Origin: Elainellaceae cyanobacterium
GTDB taxonomy: Bacteria; Cyanobacteriota; Cyanobacteriia; CAZCXK01
Assembly: GCA_051117555.1 (NCBI GenBank)
Contig: JBNPEG010000119.1
Span: 1-12,370, forward strand
Reading direction: 5' to 3'
Length of the DNA: 12,370 nucleotides
Shown here: positions 1 through 6,690 of the stretch, one piece after another
How positions within the stretch are numbered: position 1 is the first letter of the stretch
Layout: each line of letters starts with the position of its first letter
Notes under the pieces: generated by a model
Database searches by the model: none
Told to the model about the DNA's origin: nothing
What the model saw: the letters and a program-made list of their open reading frames with translations, nothing else
Position numbers and translations under genes: made by a program

Positions 1-92
1 CCGTCATGCACAAACTCATCCGAATCATATACGGTGTCTTGTCTTCAGGGGAAAAATTTGACTCGGCTAAATTAGTCCCACACAACACTTGA
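1..92 (+). CDS. IS110-family (bridge recombinase-type) transposase, C-terminal fragment; 5' part lies outside the window
   Basis: Manual translation from position 3 gives VMHKLIRIIYGVLSSGEKFDSAKLVPHNT* (TGA 90-92). This matches the C-terminal AxMxKLxxIxYGVLxSGxxFD motif typical of IS110 transposases. It is absent from the ORF track because it is truncated. Confidence 0.85.
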   Translation, partial: VMHKLIRIIYGVLSSGEKFDSAKLVPHNT

Positions 93-116
93 CCTACAGT
101 GGCCTAAACAGTATCT
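1..116 (+). mobile_element. Right end of an IS110-group element, ending in ACAGTATCT (CT core at 115-116)
   Basis: Short 24-bp non-coding end after the transposase stop. ACAGTATCT (108-116) equals the left part of the IS621 donor ACAGTATCT-TGTAT. A -35-like TTGACC lies at 89-94. Confidence 0.75.
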
Positions 117-235
117 ACACAGGTCTCTACAGCACAATCAAACCGCGACGTTGTTTCTTCCTCAAACGATAGGAATATGGTCTAACACCCTCTAACATCC
201 CTCTTTACGAGTCTGAATCGGGTCTCTAGAAGATC

Positions 236-2266
236 CTAATCGGCTAGCTCTGGGGTATCAGTATCCTCGGCTGGCTCTGGGGTGTCAGTATTCTCAGACG
301 ACGAATCAGTTTCGTCTAACGTCGTGTCAATTTTATCGTCCGATTCGCCCATAATTTCCCGGACTCGCTCTTGAATTTCTAGATGTCGCTCGATACCCTC
401 AAACGCGTAGCGATCGTATCCATTTTGCTCAATTAAGGTGTCAAGATTGCGAATCCGCTCAGGGGTATCTGGATGAGTGGAAAGGGGCTCAAACGTGGAG
501 CCCCCATTTTCTTCGTATAGGGTTTGGGTGAGTCGCAGCAAGCCATCGGCAGCATAGCGAGAATTGGCTAAGAGTTGAGTACCCAGTGCGTCCGCTTGAC
601 GTTCCATCCCCCGGCTGTAGCGCAACACAGCGAGGTTGGCTGCAAAACCTCCGTAGGGAATGAACTGCAACACGTTCGCCGTAAGGTTGCCCCCGGTCAT
701 TAACTGAAAGCCGTGAGACAGCACCGCATGAGAAATTTCGTGGGCAAGCAGACCTGCCAATTCTGCCCCGGTTTCAGTTTCAAGAATCGCGCCTGCATTC
801 ACAAACACCTTTCCCCCTGGCAGAGCAAAGGCGTTGATGTCTTCATCATCGACGACATAAAACTGATAGTTAAATTCATCCCGCCCAGCCAGTTGAGCAA
901 TTTCGTTGCCGATGTCTCTGACGTATGACCGCACTTCGTCATCTCGAATCATATCGAGTTCTTGAATCGCTCGATTGGCAATGCTTTCGCCAACGGCTGT
1001 CTCGCCTCGCGCCATCGTGATGGTGGTTTCGAGGGCAGCCAGCGGACCGAACGGATTGCCCGTTAGCACAAATCCAGCCGCACCTGCCAACACGTTGCCC
1101 ACCGTTCGGCGAATCAGGCGACCTCTCATCTGCGACCGAAACCGACCTTCATACTCATCAGCAAGGGCAGAAAACTCAGATGCTTCCGAATCGTCGGCAT
1201 TGAGCAGGGCATACTGGCGAGCCGCTATCGCCGCTTCTAGCCATTGCTGATTAGCTGCCAAGAGTTCGACTCGCGCCTGCACCACCTGAGGTTCGTCGGG
1301 ATATAGGCTAGCAGCTCGTTCGAGGGTTGCCAGGGCTTCTTCCGGGCGATCGCTCTCCATCATGTACTGGGCATAGGCGATCTGCCCTGGAATAAATTCG
1401 GGATATTCGTCGCTGAGCAGTTCTAGCGGCACTTCGATGCGCGTTTCCAACCCTGTCTCCATGCCCTGCTGAACTTCGCGCCAATAGACTTGCCCGGCTG
1501 GAGATAGCTGTTCGGGATCGGTGATCGGCTGAGGACGCTCCTCGATGCCGACTTCCGCCTCGTCATCCGGTGCTTTTGCCTGCCGATAGAGCTGATCCGC
1601 TTCAGCGAATGACCCTTGCAAAAATAGGCGATCGCCCTCGATTAGTAAGGTTTGAAATTCAAGGTCGTCAGCTTCGTCGCTGTCAGCGGTTGTCGCGTCG
1701 TCTTGTTCATCGTCAGCGCCGAGTTCATCCTCGGTTTCACCGAGATCGTCATCAATCTCGTTAGCTTCGTCTAGGTCGCTATCGGTGTCTCCGAGTGAGT
1801 CGTCGATATCGTCTTCGAGGTCAGACTCATCGGGGTCGTCGATGCCTTCAAATTCATCGTCAACTCCATCGAGGCGATCGCGCTCAAGCTCGTCTAGATC
1901 GTCCAGATCGTCTTGGACATCCTCCTCCACATCCGCCAGATCGCTGACCTCGACCGGAGCAGTCGGCAAATCATTGACGTCGGTAAGCTGAATTCCTGGA
2001 TGGACGCTGAATTCGGGGAGCTCATCAATCTGCTCGACAGACTCTGTCCTAGACGGCGTAGCGTGAGCTGAAATTGGAACAGGATTGAAGATCTGAGCCG
2101 CTGTATCGCGAGTATCAATCGATTCGGTCGTAGGGTCGAGATTGGCAGACTCCGCCAACGATGGTGCTGCTGGTGTTGCAGATACAGGCAACCACAGCAG
2201 ACTCAGCGGAATTGCTCCACCCCATGCCATAAAGAGCGATCGCCAGAGGAATTTCATGATGCGCAT
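236..2266 (-). CDS. Exported M48-family zinc metalloprotease with TPR-like helical region and acidic N-terminal insert
   Basis: N-terminal signal-like peptide; INAFALPGG; HEXXH motif (AHEISH); YSRGMERQAD; STHP..ERI. TPR-like helices precede the protease domain. Confidence 0.9.
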   Translation of the reverse strand: MRIMKFLWRSLFMAWGGAIPLSLLWLPVSATPAAPSLAESANLDPTTESIDTRDTAAQIFNPVPISAHATPSRTESVEQIDELPEFSVHPGIQLTDVNDLPTAPVEVSDLADVEEDVQDDLDDLDELERDRLDGVDDEFEGIDDPDESDLEDDIDDSLGDTDSDLDEANEIDDDLGETEDELGADDEQDDATTADSDEADDLEFQTLLIEGDRLFLQGSFAEADQLYRQAKAPDDEAEVGIEERPQPITDPEQLSPAGQVYWREVQQGMETGLETRIEVPLELLSDEYPEFIPGQIAYAQYMMESDRPEEALATLERAASLYPDEPQVVQARVELLAANQQWLEAAIAARQYALLNADDSEASEFSALADEYEGRFRSQMRGRLIRRTVGNVLAGAAGFVLTGNPFGPLAALETTITMARGETAVGESIANRAIQELDMIRDDEVRSYVRDIGNEIAQLAGRDEFNYQFYVVDDEDINAFALPGGKVFVNAGAILETETGAELAGLLAHEISHAVLSHGFQLMTGGNLTANVLQFIPYGGFAANLAVLRYSRGMERQADALGTQLLANSRYAADGLLRLTQTLYEENGGSTFEPLSTHPDTPERIRNLDTLIEQNGYDRYAFEGIERHLEIQERVREIMGESDDKIDTTLDETDSSSENTDTPEPAEDTDTPELAD
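241..294. repeat. 27-bp tandem duplication in the M48 C-terminal tail
   Basis: cggctagctctggggtatcagtatcct / cggctggctctggggtgtcagtattct (24/27 identical); encodes ENTDTPEPA-EDTDTPELA. Confidence 0.8.
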
Positions 2267-2360
2267 CTCCAGACGTTGCTACTCGTTAATAAGTCGAGAA
2301 CAATTTATCAGTTGTTCCTATCATGGATGAATATAGGATAGCGAACCCAGCCAGTAAACC

Positions 2361-2872
2361 ATGAACAAATCAAGCACGAGTTATTTACTCTGGTTAGGAA
2401 TTTTGTTTGGCATCGGAGGGCTGCATCGGTTCTATAACGGCAAGATCGGCAGTGGAGTCTTTTGGCTATTGACGTGGGGAGCTTTGGAATTGGTCAACTC
2501 ATCGACTTGATTTTAATTCCAGAGATGGTTGAAGACCACAATGCCCGTCGGCTATTGCGAATGGGTGTTTCTCCGTATGGAACGATGATCGACCCGCGTA
2601 TTTTGACCACGGCGATCGCCAATCCGAATGAGCCGTCGCTGAAACCCGATCCGCCACCTGCCCCCCCTACGCCTGATCAGCTCATGATTAAGCTGCTACG
2701 GGCGGCTCAGGCACGCGATGGCAAGTTATCGGTTACTCAAGGTGTACTCGATACTGAATGCGGATTTGCCGAGGTTGAACAAACCTTAAAAGACATGGTC
2801 AAAAGCGGATACGTTACATCCCACAATGACCCAAATACGGGCGTTGTTATGTACGACTTCTTGGAACTTTAA
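2361..2872 (+). pseudogene. TM2/NINE-domain membrane protein, split by a 1-bp frameshift (pseudogene or sequencing error)
   Basis: ATG 2361 reads [40 protein letters not shown] (TM2 GxHRFY motif) and stops at 2510. The expected continuation [13 protein letters not shown]...YDFLEL is in the -1 frame. One extra G in the run at 2476-2479 restores a single ORF. Confidence 0.85.
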
Positions 2873-2908
2873 CGAGTTGGAACTTTAACGAGTCGGAATT
2901 TTACCGAC
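2861..2908 (+). repeat. 16-bp tandem repeat, three copies, overlapping the TM2 gene stop codon
   Basis: ttggaactttaacgag twice (2861-2876, 2877-2892) plus degenerate tcggaattttaccgac (2893-2908). Confidence 0.85.
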
Positions 2909-2960
2909 AAACTTGAGTGACCAATCGTCTGAATGGGGCATTGCACTGCGATGTCCCAAC

Positions 2961-3662
2961 CTAGTTCCGTACTAGCCACTTTTGGCTGTTGAGCCGCTGG
3001 ACGACATAAAACACCATCAGGTCTAAATTGACGCGCCGTTCATCGATCATGAATGACTCTAAGGTGGTTGGCTTTGCCCCGTCATCGGCGATCGCGATAA
3101 ACTTGGACGCCTTGATGTCGTCGTTTTGGAACGCCAAAATAAATTGCCGCTTGCCGCCGTCCCAATGGCCAATGACCTGCGGATAATCTGAGCCATCATC
3201 AATCCAGCCGATGGGGAGTCGCTGGGTTTCAAATTTTAGGTCTAGATCATCAATTCCTTGCTCCGCTAGTGCTTTTTTCACTTCAGGCAAGAAATGCTCA
3301 GTAATGAATTCTGGAAACGGCTTGTCTTCTGGCTCAGGCGGTTTTTCTTTCTTTTTCTTTTCGCCCGATTTAGCAGATGCCTTTTTTCCAGATGCAGGGG
3401 TCGTTTTTGATTCGTCTGATTTTTTCCCAGATGCAGGGGTCGTTTTTGATTCGTCTGATTTTTTTCCAGATGCAGGAGTAGTTTTTGATGCAGGCGTTGT
3501 TTCAGATGCACCTGACTTTTTGTCGTCAGAGGCAGGGGTTGTCTGAGAGGCAGGGGTTGTCTCAGATGCATCTGACTTTTTGCCTTCAGATGCAGGAGTA
3601 GTTTGTGATGCAGGCGTTGTTTTAGACGCGTCCGATTCTTTGTTGTTGTTTTCTTCTGCCAT
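2961..3662 (-). CDS. ndhV: DUF2996 protein, NDH-1 subunit NdhV
   Basis: KPPEPEDKPFPEFI..HFLP and ESFMIDERRVNLDLMVFYVVQRLNSQKWL match the cyanobacterial DUF2996/NdhV pattern. Start placed at MAEE (3662) rather than 3755. Confidence 0.85.
   Translation of the reverse strand: MAEENNNKESDASKTTPASQTTPASEGKKSDASETTPASQTTPASDDKKSGASETTPASKTTPASGKKSDESKTTPASGKKSDESKTTPASGKKASAKSGEKKKKEKPPEPEDKPFPEFITEHFLPEVKKALAEQGIDDLDLKFETQRLPIGWIDDGSDYPQVIGHWDGGKRQFILAFQNDDIKASKFIAIADDGAKPTTLESFMIDERRVNLDLMVFYVVQRLNSQKWLVRN
3381..3635 (-). repeat. Coding tandem repeats (60-bp and 39-bp units) giving eight TTPAS motifs
   Basis: About three 20-aa units S(D/G)AS(K/E)TTPAS(Q/K)TTPASxxKK, followed by two GKKSDESKTTPAS units. 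Confidence 0.9.
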
Positions 3663-3880
3663 TGCTTCGGTAACTCTCGACGCTGGATTAGGATACAGAC
3701 GGCTCATCAATCTGACGAGCAGGTTGACGATACTGTGTCTATGGTAAAGGGTCATTCTGCCTAAGAACAGGTCTAAGCTGGCAAACTTGTTCTAAAAATT
3801 CTAATGTTCTTGATAAGCATTTGCTTAGTCGTAATGATCGAGACTGCATCACGATGGTCGCAATGACCAGAATATAAAGA

Positions 3881-4978
3881 ATGACCCAGTTTTCTCGATT
3901 TAACCTACCCTGGAGTCGGCGTTCTGTGCTGCGGGGCATCCAGTCGGCTGTGGTATTCGCTAGCCTGGGAGTAGCGTGTCGCCAATCTGGCTCAGAACTG
4001 CCTATGCATGTCTCAACTCAGGAGTCTACCCAACCGCTTGCTGAACGGGCGATCGCCTTTTTGCAAACCCTTGACCCCGATCAGCGACGTCGAGCCGTGT
4101 TCTCATTTGACGCGGCAGAACGATTTAACTGGCATTATGTGCCGCGATCGCGCGAAGGAATTGCGTTTAAAGAGATGACGGCAGAGCAGCGTTCGGCGGC
4201 GGAAGCGCTGTTGAAATTTGCGTTGAGCGATGTCGGCTATCAAAAGGCGCAGAATATCTTTACGCTTGAATCTGTGTTGCGTCAGCTTGGGGGAAGCGCA
4301 CAATTTCGAGATCCTGATCAGTATGCGTTTACAATCTTTGGTGACCCAAATGCGCCTCCATGGGGATGGCGTATCGAAGGGCACCATTTGTCGTTGAATT
4401 TCACGATCGCAGCGTCTGATCTCGTGGCAGTGACGCCCGCATTTTTTGGAGCGAATCCGGCGCGCGTCACGATTCCTCCTCATGAGGGGCTACGCACCCT
4501 CGCTAGAGAACAAGACCTCGCCTTTGAACTCGTTCGACACTTAACCGACACGCAACAGGCTCAAGCCGTGTTAGCCGACCAGTCGTTTGGCGATATTCTC
4601 ACAGGGCCGATCCGCTCCCAGACGCTTGAACGCCCGGCAGGTCTGCCTCTGAGTGACCTCGATGAGGGGCGACGCACCCTCGCCATGCAGCTAATCGAAG
4701 ACTATGTGCGCACTATGAGGGGCGACTATGCCGATGCCCAGCTTCAGCGAATTGCCGATGCAGGGCGCGATCGCATTCATTTTGCGTGGGCAGGTAGCCT
4801 CACCCCCGGACAGCCCCACTACTATCGCCTTCATGGCCCTGTGTTGCTGATCGAGTATGACAATACTCAAAACAACGCCAACCACATCCACACCGTCATG
4901 CGCGACCCGACCGATGATTTCGGAGAAGACACGCTCCGAGCCCATTATGAGCACGGTGGTCATCAAGTCGAAGGATAA
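3881..4978 (+). CDS. DUF3500 domain protein, probable Tat-exported lipoprotein
   Basis: Motifs WGWRIEGHHLSLNFT and HYYRLHGPVLLIEYDNTQNNANHIHTVMRDP typical of DUF3500. N-terminus has twin-arginine SRRSVL and lipobox-like LGVA-C. Confidence 0.85.
   Translation: MTQFSRFNLPWSRRSVLRGIQSAVVFASLGVACRQSGSELPMHVSTQESTQPLAERAIAFLQTLDPDQRRRAVFSFDAAERFNWHYVPRSREGIAFKEMTAEQRSAAEALLKFALSDVGYQKAQNIFTLESVLRQLGGSAQFRDPDQYAFTIFGDPNAPPWGWRIEGHHLSLNFTIAASDLVAVTPAFFGANPARVTIPPHEGLRTLAREQDLAFELVRHLTDTQQAQAVLADQSFGDILTGPIRSQTLERPAGLPLSDLDEGRRTLAMQLIEDYVRTMRGDYADAQLQRIADAGRDRIHFAWAGSLTPGQPHYYRLHGPVLLIEYDNTQNNANHIHTVMRDPTDDFGEDTLRAHYEHGGHQVEG
4482..4683 (+). repeat. 22-bp intragenic direct repeat, 180 bp apart
   Basis: atgaggggctacgcaccctcgc (4482-4503) and atgaggggcgacgcaccctcgc (4662-4683), 21/22 identical. 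Confidence 0.75.
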
Positions 4979-4996
4979 ACATTCATGTCAATGTTC

Positions 4997-5028
4997 GATT
5001 TTGGATTTTAGATTTTAGATTTTGGATT
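4997..5028. repeat. Heptamer short tandem repeat (STRR-type) GATTTT[G/A]
   Basis: gattttg gatttta gatttta gattttg gatt. Confidence 0.85.
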
Positions 5029-5139
5029 GACGGCCACCAGCCTTGCTGGGGTTCTAGCCTGTTCATTGGTAGCCTTACTTCGAAGAATTGGGATTAGCAA
5101 TCACCGCATGCTGGCGTTTTGCAATTGCTGGAGGTCATT

Positions 5140-5269
5140 GAGAGCGTTTAAGTTTTCGTGTAAGTGCGCCCCGTCCTCGGTCGCGTGTTCCTTGTAGGGT
5201 CGCCAAGACGTTATGCTCCGCATTGCCAAGGGCAAACACACTTAGTTACACAAAATTCGTAACACTCTC
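5140..5269. mobile_element. 130-bp MITE with IS256-like terminal inverted repeats and 7-bp target-site duplication
   Basis: Left end GAGAGCGTTTAAGTTTTCGTGTAA versus reverse-complemented right end GAGAGTGTTACGAATTTTGTGTAA (17/24 identical). Perfect direct repeats GGTCATT flank it (5133-5139 and 5270-5276). No coding capacity. Confidence 0.85.
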
Positions 5270-5271
5270 GG

Positions 5272-6108
5272 TCATTTAGCGATCGCGGCTTTTCCCGCTG
5301 CCTCTTTAATCGGCTCCAATAATCCCAACGGCAGTCGAAACTGGTTAAGCGAGTTGCCGGGGCGATCGCCATCGGTAGCGCTCGGCCCGTGATAGTCGCT
5401 GCCCCCCGTCTTGAATAAGCCATAGTGGGCACACCACTGACTGAGCTGCACGATTTGAGAGGGGTTGTGATTGGGATGGTAGACTTCGATGCCCATCACG
5501 CCTGCCTCAACCATTTCGGGTAACACGTCCTCGACTGCTCCTCCGCGAAACAGGTAGGGATGTGCCCAGACGGGGATTGCACCAGCCGAGCGCAGCAGGT
5601 CAATACCCTCTGTGATGGAAAATTTCTCATAGTGAACATAGGCGGGTTTGTCGTCGCCCAGGAACCGCTCGAAGGCTTCTTGCGATGTTTTTACATATCC
5701 GGCTCGCACCAGTGCAGCGGCGACATGGGGGCGTCCGGGAGCCATGTTGCTGGCAAGTTGAGGCAACTCAATGGGATAGCCCATTTCACCCAGCTTGGCA
5801 ACCATGCGCTGGGCGCGTCGTTTGCGTCCTGCTAGGCGTTCAGATAAGGGCGGATTGAGCGCATCTCGGTTTGGATAAAATCCCAAAATATGAAGCGATC
5901 GCCCGTTGTGCACCGTACTAAGTTCTAGTCCGGGCACAATTTCGATGTCATACTCTGTTGCAGTGGCGATCGCCTCGTCCCAACCCGCAATCGTGTCATG
6001 GTCTGTAATTGCCAATGCGCGCACTCCGGCTTGCGCTGCAACATCGACTAATTCACAAGGCGTAAGCGTGCCATCTGAGTATGTGGTGTGGCAGTGAAGT
6101 TCTAGCAT
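5272..6108 (-). CDS. PHP-domain metal-dependent phosphoesterase (TrpH/YciV-like)
   Basis: Motifs LHCHTTYSDG, AITDHD, HILG, GRPH, AHP and GGSDYHG. Confidence 0.92.
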   Translation of the reverse strand: MLELHCHTTYSDGTLTPCELVDVAAQAGVRALAITDHDTIAGWDEAIATATEYDIEIVPGLELSTVHNGRSLHILGFYPNRDALNPPLSERLAGRKRRAQRMVAKLGEMGYPIELPQLASNMAPGRPHVAAALVRAGYVKTSQEAFERFLGDDKPAYVHYEKFSITEGIDLLRSAGAIPVWAHPYLFRGGAVEDVLPEMVEAGVMGIEVYHPNHNPSQIVQLSQWCAHYGLFKTGGSDYHGPSATDGDRPGNSLNQFRLPLGLLEPIKEAAGKAAIAK

Positions 6109-6289
6109 CCAATTCTGGCAAAGTTTTGTGAATAAAATGGGCTGTTCAGACGCGAATTCCTATGCCGTCATCATAACAATCTCCCAATTTGAAGCGAATT
6201 TGGTATCACAGTGAGCAATTTAGGGAACAATCCTGCTAAAAACCTTGCCAAAAGCCGAAAATAACTCCCAACCTTTTGATCGTCTGCCC

Positions 6290-6295
6290 TATAAT
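6290..6295 (+). promoter_or_regulatory. Candidate -10 box of the HU gene
   Basis: Perfect TATAAT ending 26 nt upstream of ATG 6322; no matching -35 seen. Confidence 0.45.
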
Positions 6296-6321
6296 GCGTC
6301 TGAGTCTTTCAGATAACCCCC

Positions 6322-6600
6322 ATGAACAAAAGCGAACTTGTTGCGGCGATCGCCGCAAAATCTCAAACCACCCAGAAGGCAGCAGATGCTGTTCTCTCAG
6401 CAACCCTAGAAGCCATTATGGACGCTGTCAGCAATGGCGATAAGGTGACGTTAGTTGGTTTTGGCACCTTCGAGGCTCGCAAGCGGCAAGCCCGCGAAGG
6501 TAGAAACCCCAGTACCGGAGAGCCCATTCATATTCCTGAAACGACCGTTCCAGCCTTTAGTGCCGGAAAAATGTTCAAGGAAAAAGTCGCCTCCAAATAA
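6322..6600 (+). CDS. hup: HU-family DNA-binding protein
   Basis: MNKSELV, VTLVGFGTF, AREGRNP.TGE and PAFSAGKMFKE motifs; 92 aa. Confidence 0.97.
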   Translation: MNKSELVAAIAAKSQTTQKAADAVLSATLEAIMDAVSNGDKVTLVGFGTFEARKRQAREGRNPSTGEPIHIPETTVPAFSAGKMFKEKVASK

Positions 6601-6645
6601 AGCGGATCTAGCCATCATCGAGCTGATCTGATTTATTCTCCTGCC

Positions 6646-6670
6646 GAGTCCGCAAGCCATTGCTGGACTC
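6646..6670 (+). terminator. Stem-loop downstream of HU, possible terminator or stabiliser
   Basis: gagtcc-gcaa-(gcca)-ttgc-t-ggactc followed by a pyrimidine-rich cttcct; weak U-tract. Confidence 0.45.
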
Positions 6671-6690
6671 CTTCCTGGTCTGAAAACACA

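Noticed and set aside
93..235. Bridge RNA encoded downstream of the transposase
   Set aside because: The element appears to end at 116; in IS110-group elements with a short right end the RNA is in the left end, outside this window.
713..2330. Several short ORFs within the M48 gene, including a Ser-rich one
   Set aside because: Antisense or alternative-frame products of the M48 gene and its Asp/Glu-rich tract.
2462..2872. 136-aa ORF starting at TTG 2462 as an independent gene
   Set aside because: It is the out-of-frame second half of the TM2 gene that starts at 2361.
2861..2908. Possible mini-CRISPR array
   Set aside because: The 16-bp units abut without spacers and no cas genes are present.
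3211..3571. Repetitive alternative-frame ORFs (111 aa on +, 97 aa on -)
   Set aside because: Shadows of the ndhV tandem repeat.
3663..3755. 31-aa N-terminal extension of NdhV
   Set aside because: It does not resemble the family; MAEE at 3662 is the more typical start.
5140..5269. tRNA or riboswitch interpretation of the structured segment
   Set aside because: No tRNA T/D-loop motifs, it lies 3' of both neighbouring genes, and TIRs plus a target duplication explain it as a MITE.
5211..5432. 73-aa Cys-rich ORF
   Set aside because: It overlaps the PHP gene out of frame and runs into the MITE.
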